From: Candidatus Spongiisociaceae bacterium
GTDB taxonomy: Bacteria > Actinomycetota > Acidimicrobiia > Spongiisociales > Spongiisociaceae
Direction of reading: 5' to 3'
Assembly (NCBI GenBank): GCA_965202665.1
Contig: OZ241841.1
Coordinates: forward strand, 2,336,001-2,400,000
Length of the DNA: 64,000 nt
Shown: piece after piece, positions 19,632 to 29,179 of the stretch
How positions within the stretch are numbered: position 1 is the first letter of the stretch
How the letters are laid out: every line of letters begins with the position of its first letter
Position numbers and translations under genes: made by a program
The notes under the pieces: model-generated
Databases searched by the model: none
The model's input: only the letters and a program-made list of their open reading frames with translations
Told to the model about the DNA's origin: nothing

Positions 19632-20411
19632 ATGAATAGCACCGTTTTAGGGCTGAATAGCGATGGTCTCCGTTTGGTGGAGAAACTGGCTTACACTGCT
19701 CCCCATCTTTTTTTCGAAGCCGATATGATACAATTCAAAAACGAACTGGATGAGTTAGCCGCCCAGGGGGAAGTGTCTCCCTATGACTCGCAAAATATCA
19801 AGTTGGTTGCTCCGATTGACTCTCTGAATCGACTTAAACGGAAAGGTCCGGGGTCTGATTTCCACTACGCGCCGATTATTCACCGGGCGTTAGCCGACAA
19901 CCCACCGGAATATATGAACCAAGGTTGGTTTTGGTCTTCTATCAACAGCTTCGTCTTGTCCTCCTACGTCTCAATGCGTTGGGACAGTGGGCTTAGAAGA
20001 TCAAACCCCGGCAAGTTTGTGAAGAGGCACTGGTTGTGGATTGGTGCCCATGGCAGACTTTGGAACGGTTCGGCGCGGCTGTGGTGGTTGGCGGAGTACG
20101 CTCATAGGGCATCTGAATTTTCCGAACATTCGGCTGAAACCCTTATCAACGCTATGGCCGACAACAGGGAGTTGTATACTCGAATCATGTCGCGGAGTTT
20201 TGCGATCAGAAATCCAACTGTGGTGGCCGCTATTTATGATGTAGTCTTGGCAGACAATAGCTATTTGTATAAAAGAAGTAATATTATACAGTTACTAAAG
20301 TCGTTAAAGATAAAGGCTGATACTTTCGATATTTTAGACTATGAAGAACTGCATCAAATTGTGATCAACAGCCTGCCGTCTCGATATGAAACTATGAGGA
20401 TGTTTCCGTAA
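19632..20411 (+). CDS. DUF6339-like protein 5
   Basis: FWSSINSF...WNGSARLWW. Confidence 0.7.
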   Translation: MNSTVLGLNSDGLRLVEKLAYTAPHLFFEADMIQFKNELDELAAQGEVSPYDSQNIKLVAPIDSLNRLKRKGPGSDFHYAPIIHRALADNPPEYMNQGWFWSSINSFVLSSYVSMRWDSGLRRSNPGKFVKRHWLWIGAHGRLWNGSARLWWLAEYAHRASEFSEHSAETLINAMADNRELYTRIMSRSFAIRNPTVVAAIYDVVLADNSYLYKRSNIIQLLKSLKIKADTFDILDYEELHQIVINSLPSRYETMRMFP

Positions 20412-20580
20412 CGGCGGTGGTTTCGGCGACGGTGGAGGTGACGGGGACGGGTTCGCCGGCGGGCGGCCCTCGGTCGGGCCAGAGGATGAACAACGCCAGC
20501 ATCACGGCCAAGGCCAAGGCGGCCAGCAACTGGGGCCAGCCGCTTACGGGTTGGGGAGGGGCGTTGGTCATCTCCGCCAT
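20392..20580 (-). CDS. Short single-TM ORF, possibly a gene truncated at the island boundary
   Basis: TM helix plus Thr-rich start; ends inside the 3' end of DUF6339-like 5 at the GC shift. Confidence 0.35.
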   Translation of the reverse strand: MAEMTNAPPQPVSGWPQLLAALALAVMLALFILWPDRGPPAGEPVPVTSTVAETTAVTETSS

Positions 20581-20611
20581 TCTAGCGACAGCACCCCTGC
20601 TTGCCCGGAAT

Positions 20612-21298
20612 CTACCAGACCGGCCAGGGGATGGGCGGGCGGTCCTCCGGCGGCGGGGGATGAACCGGGTTGTCCAGCAGGCCCTCCACCCGTCCGGTCA
20701 AAGCGTCCGCCTCCGGTTTGCCCAGCAACCGCATCACTTCCGCATACAACCACCCCCGCAAAGCCTCCCGCAACCGCCCCGCCGCCCCGACCATTTCCTC
20801 TGGCAAAGGGCGGCCCGCGAAGTTCCACAACACGGTGCGCAATTTGGCTTCGGAATGAAAAGTCACCCCATGGTCGATGCACCATAATCGACCCCCGGCG
20901 TCCTTCAGGAAATGCCCCGCTTTGCGGTCGGCGTTGTTTACCAAAACATCCAAAACCGCCACCGGCCACAGCGACGGATCCGCGTCATTAATAGGCCCGG
21001 CGGCGTCGAATTCAGGGTCGGCTTCCACGAAACGCTGGGCGGAACCCGGCCCGAAAGGCCCTTCGGCGAATAGGGTTTCCGGCACCACTTCCAGCCCGGC
21101 CGCCTGCGACGTCTGAAAGGTGAGCACTTCCCGGGCGGCCAAAGTCCCCGGGGTGAAATCCCACAGCGGGCGTTCCCCCCGTTCCGGTTTGTAAACCACC
21201 ATGTCCCCTTCTTCGGTGCGGGCCAGCAAAGTGGCGTTGGAGGCGTTGCGGAACCTGCCGATGATTTCGGTTACGACCGGCGCGGGGCGGATTTTCAC
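20612..21298 (-). CDS. SCO1664-family (PI3/4-kinase-like) protein
   Basis: ASNATLL, YKPERGERPLWDF, NNADRKAGH, IDHGVTF. Confidence 0.9.
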   Translation of the reverse strand: MKIRPAPVVTEIIGRFRNASNATLLARTEEGDMVVYKPERGERPLWDFTPGTLAAREVLTFQTSQAAGLEVVPETLFAEGPFGPGSAQRFVEADPEFDAAGPINDADPSLWPVAVLDVLVNNADRKAGHFLKDAGGRLWCIDHGVTFHSEAKLRTVLWNFAGRPLPEEMVGAAGRLREALRGWLYAEVMRLLGKPEADALTGRVEGLLDNPVHPPPPEDRPPIPWPVW

Positions 21299-21810
21299 CG
21301 GGCCGGCCGGTGGCCGTTGCCGGAGGGGCAGTCGTGGCCGTCGGGATTTTCCGGCAACAGGCACATGGGGCACAGCGGCCGCCCGGCGTTGACCGATTCC
21401 AACGCCATAATGGCCATCGCCCGCAACTGCTCGGGAGTGGTCATAAACAGCACCTCCTGCCCTTCTTCGGATCCGCGCAGCAGTATCTGAAAGAAATGGT
21501 CGGAGCTGATCCGCATGGCGATGGACTCCACCGGGAAAAAATGGTCGTGTTCGGACGGCCCGGTCATTTCCCCGGCGGTGGACACCATCCCTTCCACCGC
21601 CCCTTCGTCCACCGTTCGTTCCATGGCGCCCAAAATTTCGATGCTCTGCTGGGCGAGGGCCGCCGCCTGCTCCTTTTCGCATTTGAACCACACCGGGTCG
21701 CCCCCCATTTCGATCATCAGGTAGAAGGTGCGTTTGCCGGGCACGCCCACCGCCCCCACTCGGAACCAGTCGACCAGGCCGTAGTCGCGGGGAGTGAATT
21801 CGTGCGTCAA
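21295..21810 (-). CDS. DUF3090-family protein
   Basis: GAVGVPGKRTFYL, EKEQ, AGRPLCPMC..P.NPDGHDCPSGNGH. Confidence 0.9.
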   Translation of the reverse strand: MTHEFTPRDYGLVDWFRVGAVGVPGKRTFYLMIEMGGDPVWFKCEKEQAAALAQQSIEILGAMERTVDEGAVEGMVSTAGEMTGPSEHDHFFPVESIAMRISSDHFFQILLRGSEEGQEVLFMTTPEQLRAMAIMALESVNAGRPLCPMCLLPENPDGHDCPSGNGHRPAR

Positions 21811-22412
21811 TCGATTCCCCCCGTTCCCATTCGGTTGACGGAGGCCACCGCCGGCGGGCCCGGTCCCAGGATAATTTCCGACACCGACGCCGGGGAGACC
21901 ACCAGCCGTTGAAACAGGTCCAGCGGCTGGCCCAGGAAATGGGCGAGGACAAGTTTGATCACATCCGCATGGCTTACCGCCGCCGCCGTCCCCCGGCCCG
22001 CTCCGGCGGCGATCCGTTCCACCGCCGCCACCGCCCGCACCTGCGCTTCGGCGAACGATTCCCCGCCCGGGAAGCGGGCCCGGGAGGGGGTGTTCCGCAC
22101 CACCTCCCACAGTTTGGTGCGGCGCAGGGATTTGAGGGTGCGCCCCGTCCAAGACCCGAAATCCATTTCCACCAAGCCTTCTTCGATGACCGGTTCCAGC
22201 CGGTGGCGGGCGGCCACGATGCGGGCCGTTTCCAAGGTTCGTTCGATAGGGGAGGTGAACACGGCTTTGACGGCCCGGTCGGCCAGCAGGTCGGCGGTGC
22301 GGCGCGCGGCCGCCTCCCCGGCCTCCCCCAGGGAAACCCCGGGGGCCCGTCCGGTCAGCCGGACGCCGGTCTCGGGGGTGGGGGCGTGTCGGATGAGGAG
22401 TATGCGGGCCAT
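21807..22412 (-). CDS. Histidine phosphatase (MSMEG_4193-like phosphomutase)
   Basis: LIRHA, SPIERTLETA, FPGGES, VSHADVIK; conserved actinobacterial triad with DUF3090 and SCO1664. Confidence 0.9.
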   Translation of the reverse strand: MARILLIRHAPTPETGVRLTGRAPGVSLGEAGEAAARRTADLLADRAVKAVFTSPIERTLETARIVAARHRLEPVIEEGLVEMDFGSWTGRTLKSLRRTKLWEVVRNTPSRARFPGGESFAEAQVRAVAAVERIAAGAGRGTAAAVSHADVIKLVLAHFLGQPLDLFQRLVVSPASVSEIILGPGPPAVASVNRMGTGGID

Positions 22413-22446
22413 CGGCAACAGGCTAGTGGGATGGGGCGGGCGGCGG

Positions 22447-23130
22447 TCAGACCAGGTCCGCCGACCGGGGGGCGATGTTTTCCGGGAGGTTGTTGCGCAC
22501 GTTGTTCACCAGGTCGGAAACCGGATGTTCCGCCACCGCCTCCGACCGGAGCGGGGCCAGCAACGGTTCCAAAGCGGCCGGTTCCCGCATCTCCCGGTCC
22601 AGCCACATATCCCAGGATTCGGGTTCCAAGATGACCGGCATGCGGGTGTGGATGCCCGACAGGCGGCGGTTGGCGACGGTGGTGATGATGGCGCAACTGC
22701 GTGTCCAGCCGTCCGACTCCGGGTCCCGCCGCGCCGCCCATATTCCGGCGAACATCATCGGCTCCCCGGAGGCCAAAGTCACATAATGGGGGCGCCGCCC
22801 TTCCCGCTTCGGTTCCCATTCGTAGAAGCCGTCGGCGGGGATCAGGCACCGTTTGCGGCGCAACGAGTCCCGGAAGGCCGGTTTGACGGCCGCCGTTTCC
22901 GCCCGGGCGTTGATGTTGAGCGGGCCTTTGCGGTCCGGCGACCAGTGGGGGATGAGCCCCCATCGCATCGTCCCCAGCAGGCGCCGCCCCCGCTGTTCGG
23001 CCACCGCGTACACCGGATCGGTGGGGGCCACGTTGTAACTGGGCTCCAACTTTTCGGACGCCGCCTCCTCCGCCCCCAGGTAGGAGGCCAGGGCGCCCGG
23101 GTCCAAAGTCCGCGCGTAGCGTCCGCACAT
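22447..23130 (-). CDS. SOS response-associated peptidase (SRAP/HMCES/YedK)
   Basis: N-terminal MCGRY, INARAET, DGFYEW, HTRMPVIL. Confidence 0.95.
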   Translation of the reverse strand: MCGRYARTLDPGALASYLGAEEAASEKLEPSYNVAPTDPVYAVAEQRGRRLLGTMRWGLIPHWSPDRKGPLNINARAETAAVKPAFRDSLRRKRCLIPADGFYEWEPKREGRRPHYVTLASGEPMMFAGIWAARRDPESDGWTRSCAIITTVANRRLSGIHTRMPVILEPESWDMWLDREMREPAALEPLLAPLRSEAVAEHPVSDLVNNVRNNLPENIAPRSADLV

Positions 23131-23183
23131 GCGTCCATCTTAGGCCGTCCCGGGGGGTGCCGGCGCCTGCTATCCTGGTGGTC

Positions 23184-23558
23184 GGCGAGTTCGCCAGACG
23201 GTCGCGGCCGCCCCCGGCGTCGGGAGGCGGTCGAGGAAAGTCCGGACTCCGCAGGACAGGGAGCTGGGTAACGCCCAGGCGGGGCGACCCGACGGAAAGT
23301 GCCGCAGAAACCAGACCGCCGATGGCCCGTAACGGGCACAGGCAAGGGTGAAACGGTGGTGTAAGAGACCACCAGCATTCCGGGCGACCGGGGTGGCTGG
23401 TAAACCCCTCTCGGAGCAAGGTCAAGCAGAGGCGCCGGCGGTCCGCCGATTAAGCCTCGGGTGGACCGCGCGAGGTTTGCGGCAACGCAGATCCCAGATG
23501 GATGACCGTCGCCCGGGGGCAACCCGGGCACAGAATCCGGCTTATCGGCGAACTCGCC
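23184..23558 (+). ncRNA. rnpB: RNase P RNA (type A)
   Basis: GAGGAAAGTCCGGACTCC near the 5' end, ACAGAATCCGGCTTAT near the 3' end, terminal GGCGAGTTCGCC/GGCGAACTCGCC helix; TGcTATCCT extended -10 upstream. Confidence 0.97.
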
Positions 23559-23561
23559 CCT

Positions 23562-24002
23562 TCACCCGCCGTTTATCGTATTTTCCTTTTCCCGCTGTCG
23601 GCGGTCGCGGCGACCCGCCAGTTTCCCGCCGCCGTAACCTATCGCCACCGCCGCCGCCCCGAAAAAAAGCAGGGTTGCGACCCCGGCCGGGCTGCCCCCC
23701 AGCAGGCTGACAACCGCGAAGACGGCGTAGCAACCGACGGCGGCCATCCCCCCGTGGGCCCCCGCATAGGGACTGCGTGACAGGCGCCCCCCTACGTATC
23801 CGGCCAGAAACTGACCGGCGAGCAAGGACAGGGCCAGGCCGATCCAACCGGACAGGTTTTCCGGAACCCGGCCGGTGCGGTAGATGAGGGCCGTCAGAAT
23901 GTAGGCCACCAGGCTGATTATCAGGGTGGCGAACAGGCCGCTCACCGCCCCCAGCAGGACGGCGCTCCAGCGGGTGCGGGCGGGCGCGGCGACGGGGCTC
24001 AT
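23562..24002 (-). CDS. Four-TM membrane protein
   Basis: Four hydrophobic helices with AGYVGG and AHGG motifs. Confidence 0.65.
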   Translation of the reverse strand: MSPVAAPARTRWSAVLLGAVSGLFATLIISLVAYILTALIYRTGRVPENLSGWIGLALSLLAGQFLAGYVGGRLSRSPYAGAHGGMAAVGCYAVFAVVSLLGGSPAGVATLLFFGAAAVAIGYGGGKLAGRRDRRQREKENTINGG

Positions 24003-24148
24003 ACGCCCCCAATCTAGTTGAAGGCTCAAACGCCGTCCCCGTCCGGCGGGGCGAAACCGACCCAGATGTCGGAAATACCGGTTTTTGGGCCGCCGCGGTG
24101 GTAGATTTTCTCCCGGTAAGCGCAGACGGCCTGACGGGAGGTTTCGAA

Positions 24149-24823
24149 ATGGCGTCAATTCACAAGTACGTAGCCGAGATGCTGGGCACTTTCGTGCTGG
24201 TCGGCTTGGGCGGAATGTCCATTCTCTACGCCGACGGCGACAGGGTGATGGTCAGCTTCGGCTTCGGTTTGGCCCTGCTGGCGGCCCTGTACATGTTCGG
24301 CGGACGTTCGGGGGCCCATTGCAACCCGGTGGTGTCTTTGGCGATAATGATGCGCAAAGAGATAACGCCCGTTGAATTCGTCGGCTACGCGGTGGGCCAG
24401 TTTGTTGGGGGGCTGGCCGCGGCCGGATTGATTTTAGCCATCGGAAGCCAGAAGGCGGCTGACATGATCGTGGCCGGTCCCGGTTTCAACCCCGCCAATG
24501 TCCGTTTCGGGGCGGATGACATTCTGATTGTGGAAACGATTCTGACCGCAATCCTGGTGATGGTGATTTTGCGCACTACGGCCAGTCATCCGAAGGTCGC
24601 CCCCATCATTATCGCTTTGACGCTGACCGTGCTCCATCTGGCGGCGATTCCCATAACCGGGGCCTCGGCCAACCCGGCCCGCAATCTGGGCCCGGCCATC
24701 GTAGCCGGCGACTTCTCCTTTTTGTGGGCGTATTTCGTCGCCGCCCTGTTGGGTTCGGTGATCGCCTTCTACCTGGACAAGTACGTCAACGAATATGGGA
24801 TGATGTCCGGGGCCGAGGCCTAA
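24149..24823 (+). CDS. MIP/aquaporin channel 1 (NPV/NPA)
   Basis: AEMLGTF, SGAHCNPV, SANPAR. Confidence 0.92.
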   Translation: MASIHKYVAEMLGTFVLVGLGGMSILYADGDRVMVSFGFGLALLAALYMFGGRSGAHCNPVVSLAIMMRKEITPVEFVGYAVGQFVGGLAAAGLILAIGSQKAADMIVAGPGFNPANVRFGADDILIVETILTAILVMVILRTTASHPKVAPIIIALTLTVLHLAAIPITGASANPARNLGPAIVAGDFSFLWAYFVAALLGSVIAFYLDKYVNEYGMMSGAEA

Positions 24824-24910
24824 CCCCGGCCCGTCCGGCAAAAGCCGCAAGGAGCCGGGGAAGCCCGGTAAATTGAGTTCGCGCAACAGCCGGCGAACGG
24901 GAGGTTTCCC

Positions 24911-25609
24911 ATGGTTGCTTCAATGAACAAGTATTTGGCGGAGTTGCTGGGCACCTTCGTGCTGGTGGCGGTGGGTTCCATGTCCATCATCAGCTCCGAC
25001 GGCAACCTGCTGTTCATAGGCTTCGGGTTCGGTTTGGCCCTGCTGGGCGCCATCTACGTGTTCGGGGACCGGTCGGGGGCCCATTTCAACCCGGCGGTCA
25101 CTTTGGCGATGATGATGCGCAAAGACACTTCCCCCTCCGATCTGGTCGGCTATCTGATAGCCCAGACGGCCGGGGCGTTGCTGGCCGCCGGGTTGGTCTT
25201 CTACATCGCGGGCCAGCAGGCGGTGGAGTTCACTTTGACCCGGGCCCCCGATTTGGACATAGTGGAGTTGCTGGTGGTGGAGGGGATCCTCACCGCCATT
25301 TTCGTGATGGTCGTTCTCCGCACCACCGCCGCCCACAAGCGGGCCGCCCCGTTGGCCATTTCGTTGGTGCTGGTGGCCATCCATCTGGCGGCCATCCCCA
25401 TCACCGGGGCGTCGGTCAACCCGGCTCGCAGCCTGGGACCGGCCATCGTCGCCGGGGATTTCACCGACATCTGGGCCTACATCGTCGGTCCGGGGATCGG
25501 AGCGGCGGTCGGCTTCTACTTCGACAAGTTCATCAACGACGACCCGGTCCCCGCTACGCCGGCCGCCGCCGAATCCGCCGACTCCGGCGAACCGGGCGGC
25601 GACGCCTGA
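24911..25609 (+). CDS. MIP/aquaporin channel 2 (AqpZ-like)
   Basis: AELLGTF, SGAHFNPAVT, SVNPARS. Confidence 0.92.
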   Translation: MVASMNKYLAELLGTFVLVAVGSMSIISSDGNLLFIGFGFGLALLGAIYVFGDRSGAHFNPAVTLAMMMRKDTSPSDLVGYLIAQTAGALLAAGLVFYIAGQQAVEFTLTRAPDLDIVELLVVEGILTAIFVMVVLRTTAAHKRAAPLAISLVLVAIHLAAIPITGASVNPARSLGPAIVAGDFTDIWAYIVGPGIGAAVGFYFDKFINDDPVPATPAAAESADSGEPGGDA

Positions 25610-25663
25610 GCCGGCCCCCCTTCTCCATATAGAACCCGTCCCCCTCCCGCGGCGGGCCGAGGA

Positions 25664-26107
25664 TCAGGTGATGATGTGTTCGGCCAGGCCGGCCACCCAC
25701 CCGGTGGGCAGTTCCCAATGGCGGGCCCCGTTCACCACGATTTCCATGTAGTCGCTGGAGGGCTCCCCGGCGGTTTCCCCGCCCTCCGCCGACACATGGG
25801 TGAGCACCGCGTAACTGCGCCCCTGGCGGTCCACCGCTTTGAACTCCTCCGACGGTATCCGCCCTTCCGCTTTTTCAGCCCGGTCCAGGCCTTTGATTTC
25901 CGATTTGGGGACTTCGAACACCGCCCCCCACACCGTGTTGCCCCCCCGCGGGCGCACCGAGGGCAACGCCCCCTCCCAGTCCCGGTTGGTGATCGGAAAC
26001 AGCAGTTCCGTTTCCGGCAGATGGGCTATGAACTGAAACTCGGCGGATGGGGCCGCCTCAGCCAGCAGGTGGGGGGCGATCCGGGCGGTGTAAGCAAAGT
26101 ACAGCAT
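25664..26107 (-). CDS. Gamma-glutamylcyclotransferase-family protein
   Basis: MLYFAY, VWGAVFEV, LDRAE, PSSDY...GA. Confidence 0.8.
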   Translation of the reverse strand: MLYFAYTARIAPHLLAEAAPSAEFQFIAHLPETELLFPITNRDWEGALPSVRPRGGNTVWGAVFEVPKSEIKGLDRAEKAEGRIPSEEFKAVDRQGRSYAVLTHVSAEGGETAGEPSSDYMEIVVNGARHWELPTGWVAGLAEHIIT

Positions 26108-26256
26108 TTTTCCTCCGAGAGGGTCTGGCCCCCCAAGTTTAGCCTGCGCCGAAACTTATGGGACCACCCGGCGGTAGTAGGGTTTCCGCAGGCGACCCGC
26201 GGCTCCGCGGGGACGCCGCTACGCGATCAAAACCATCGGAACGGGGCAACGGAAAC

Positions 26257-27321
26257 ATGGAACAGGCCAACCACGCGCAGGGGGAAAGCGGGTTTTCGTG
26301 GGCGGAGATCCTGGGCGGGCTGGGGGAGGGCCGCCACCTGACCCGGGCCCAGGCCCGGGCGGCCATGGATCGGGTGATGACCGGAGAGGCGGCCCCTTCG
26401 CAAATCGCCGCCCTCATCGTCCTGTTGCGGGCCAAAGGGGAGACGGCGGAGGAAATTCTGGGGCTGGTGGAGGGAATGCGGGCGGCGGCGGTGGCGGTGG
26501 ACTTGGGGGACGCCGACCCGGTGGACATCGTGGGAACCGGAGGGGACCGTTCCGGAACTTTCAACGTGTCCACCACCGCCTCTTTTGCGGTCGCCGGGGC
26601 GGGGGTTCCGGTCGCCAAACACGGCAACCGTTCCATGTCTTCGCAATGCGGCTCGGCCGACCTGTTGGAAGAGTTGGGGGTGGCGATCGACCTGCCCCCG
26701 GAGCGCAACCGGGAACTTTTCCGCCGCACCGGCTACGCCTTTTTCCTGGCGCCCGTCTACCACCCGGCGATGCGCTGGGCGGGGCCGGTGCGCAAAGAGC
26801 TGGGCGTGCCCACCGTGTTCAATTTTCTGGGGCCGCTCAGCAACCCGGCCGGGGTGCGCCGCTTGGCGGTGGGGACGTCGGACGGCCGGATGGCGGAGCG
26901 GATGATAGAGACGTTGCGGGCGGCGGGGGCGGTGCGGGCCTTGGTCTTCCACGGCGAGGACGGGTTGGACGAGTTGAGTTTGGCCGGTCCGTCGGTGGTG
27001 TGGGGCCTGCGGGAGGGGCGGATCACCCGTTCCGTGCTGGAACCGGCGCAGGTCGGGTTGGCGACCGCCCCCTTGGAGTCGGTGCGGGGCGGGGGGGTTT
27101 CCGACAACGCGGCCATCGCCCGGGCGGTGCTGGAAGGGCGCCCCGGACCGGCCCGGGACATGACGGTGTTGAACGCGGCCGCCGCCATCCTGGTTTCCGG
27201 GGCGGCGGACGGGTGGGAGGAGGCGGCGGAGGCGGCCCGGCGCTCTTTGGACGGCGGAGCGGCGGCGGAGGCCCTGTCCCGGGTGGTTGCGGAGAGTCGG
27301 GAACTGGCCGGGTCTTCCTGA
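26257..27321 (+). CDS. trpD: Anthranilate phosphoribosyltransferase
   Basis: DIVGTGGD, FNVST, AKHGNRS..S.CGSADLLE, GLDE. Confidence 0.95.
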   Translation: MEQANHAQGESGFSWAEILGGLGEGRHLTRAQARAAMDRVMTGEAAPSQIAALIVLLRAKGETAEEILGLVEGMRAAAVAVDLGDADPVDIVGTGGDRSGTFNVSTTASFAVAGAGVPVAKHGNRSMSSQCGSADLLEELGVAIDLPPERNRELFRRTGYAFFLAPVYHPAMRWAGPVRKELGVPTVFNFLGPLSNPAGVRRLAVGTSDGRMAERMIETLRAAGAVRALVFHGEDGLDELSLAGPSVVWGLREGRITRSVLEPAQVGLATAPLESVRGGGVSDNAAIARAVLEGRPGPARDMTVLNAAAAILVSGAADGWEEAAEAARRSLDGGAAAEALSRVVAESRELAGSS

Positions 27322-27854
27322 TGGGGCGCCGGGCCTTCGCTTGCCTGTTGGCCGGGTCGGCGCTGGCCGCGGCCTGCGGAACGGGTGAGTTTTCCGAGCC
27401 GCCCGCATCATCCGTTCCGGCCACCGGGGCCTCCCAACCGGCCGAGCCGGCGGACGAACTTGTTCCGAACGTGACCTTGCAGTTGGACGATGGAAGCAGT
27501 TGGACGGCGAGGGAGGCGGCCCGGCCCGCCCTGCTGGTGTTCTGGGCGGAATGGTGAGGGGCCTGCCGGAGGGAGTTGCCTTCCGTAGACGGTTTGGCCC
27601 GGTTGTGGGCCGGGTCGGTGGATGTGATGGCGGTGGCCTGGCAGTCCGGCTGGGAGGAAACCCGGGCGGAGGCGGAGAAACTGTTGCGCACCGGCTGGAC
27701 GCGCTGGACTTTGGACGAGGCGGCGGTAGCGGCGTTCGGCGTGGCGTCGCAACCGGTGTCGATTCTGATAGCCGACGGACGGGAGGTGCGCCGCTGGCAC
27801 GGGCCGGTCGGCGGCGATGTAATCGGATTGGTACGGGATCTGACCCGCACCTGA
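27321..27854 (+). CDS. TlpA/thioredoxin-like lipoprotein selenoprotein 1 (FWAEW-U-GAC)
   Basis: Lipobox AAAC; in-frame TGA at 27555-27557 at the first CxxC position; frame continues as a redoxin fold; hairpin 27567-27585. Confidence 0.85.
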
Positions 27855-27985
27855 CCCCCCGCTACGAGCGAACCCCTTTTCCCCACGTATCCGGCCCGGC
27901 GGCCCCGGGTTTTCAGCATACGGGTGCGGGCGCAACGAAGCCCGGCCCGCTGGGGAACAGGCCGGGCTCGGTCGGGGGTGGCGGG

Positions 27986-28435
27986 TTACTTTTCCGCCGC
28001 GGATGGGTCGGCGATGGACCGGATCCTCTCCGGATTGTCCGGAACGGGGACGGACGGAGCCGGGCGGGGCGGAGCGGGTTCGGGAGGGACGGGATGGCCG
28101 TCGGTTATCCGCAACCGGTACATTACGACTTTCATGTTCCCCTCCACATCTCGAACTCGGTTATCAATGGTCAGCAGCCGGTCCTCGACTCGCTGAGTGC
28201 CGTTCGCCAGCCGGTTGGATTCCTCTCGGATTTTGCCTTCCAGGGAGGTTCTGGCCTCTTTGAGGTCGTCGGCAACCTTCTGGGTGTTGGCCTCCTGCCG
28301 GTTGGATTCCCGCAGGATCATATCCTCCAGTCCCTTCGCCAATTGGCGGGTGTCCTTCCGTTGCAAAACGAAGAACACCGTAAGCCCGCCGATGGTCGTC
28401 AGGGCGCCGGATATGCTGGCGTAGAACTCTTCCAT
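27986..28435 (-). CDS. Single-TM coiled-coil protein, related to the 38.9-43.8 kb array
   Basis: N-terminal TM, heptad repeats, MKVV..RL.I, C-terminal AAEK as in the array genes. Confidence 0.65.
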   Translation of the reverse strand: MEEFYASISGALTTIGGLTVFFVLQRKDTRQLAKGLEDMILRESNRQEANTQKVADDLKEARTSLEGKIREESNRLANGTQRVEDRLLTIDNRVRDVEGNMKVVMYRLRITDGHPVPPEPAPPRPAPSVPVPDNPERIRSIADPSAAEK

Positions 28436-28636
28436 GCTCGTACCTTACCCTTTCTGCGTCAGGGTGCGCGCCATTCGGGCCGCGCTTCTTACAATATGCA
28501 ACATAAGGTAAAAAAACGACGACGACAACCCCCTTGTTTCAAGAAACGGCCAAAACGCGAAAAAATCTTTAGCCCGTTGGGCGCCAACCACGGCAAAATC
28601 GTTCATATACCGCGCCGGACGGACTATTCTGGGGAT

Positions 28637-29179
28637 ATGAAACCCCGCATAGGTTTCGCAACGGCGATCGGTTTGATGCTGGCGGTCGCCGCCTGCGGGT
28701 CCGGATCCGAGCCAGCCGGGACGGCCTCCTCCGCCCCGCCGGTTCAGGAAACCCCCTCCGCCCCGTCGGGACCGGCCGCCCCCGCCGTCTCCTTGCAGTT
28801 GGACGACGGTTCCTCGTTTGATTCTTCGCAGGCCGTCCGGCCCACCCTGTACGTGTTCTGGGCGGAATGGTGACCGACCTGTCAGCGGGAGTTGCCCGCT
28901 GTGGACGGCCTGGCGGCGGAGTACGAGGGCCGGGCGGACGTGATCGCGGTGGCCTGGAAGGCGTCTTTGGCGGACACTTCCGCCGCCGCCCGGCGGCTGT
29001 TGACCAGCGGGGCGACGCGCTGGGCCTTGGATGAGGATGAAAGCGTGTTCGCCGCCTTCGAAGTCGGCTACCAGCCGGTGTCGGCCCTGGTCCATCAGGG
29101 CGTGGAAATCGGACGTTGGCACGGGGAGGTTCCCATCTCCGAGGTGCGCGCCCTGTTAGATGAGGCGGTGCGGCTGTGA
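28637..29179 (+). CDS. TlpA/thioredoxin-like lipoprotein selenoprotein 2 (FWAEW-U-PTC)
   Basis: Lipobox VAAC; in-frame TGA at 28871-28873; hairpin 28883-28901. Confidence 0.87.

Noticed and set aside
22355-23780. ORFs overlapping rnpB
   Set aside because: The region is explained by RNase P RNA and the SRAP gene.
26110-26256. Attenuator, T-box or riboswitch upstream of trpD
   Set aside because: Only generic GC-rich stems; no Trp-codon leader peptide or T-box motif seen.
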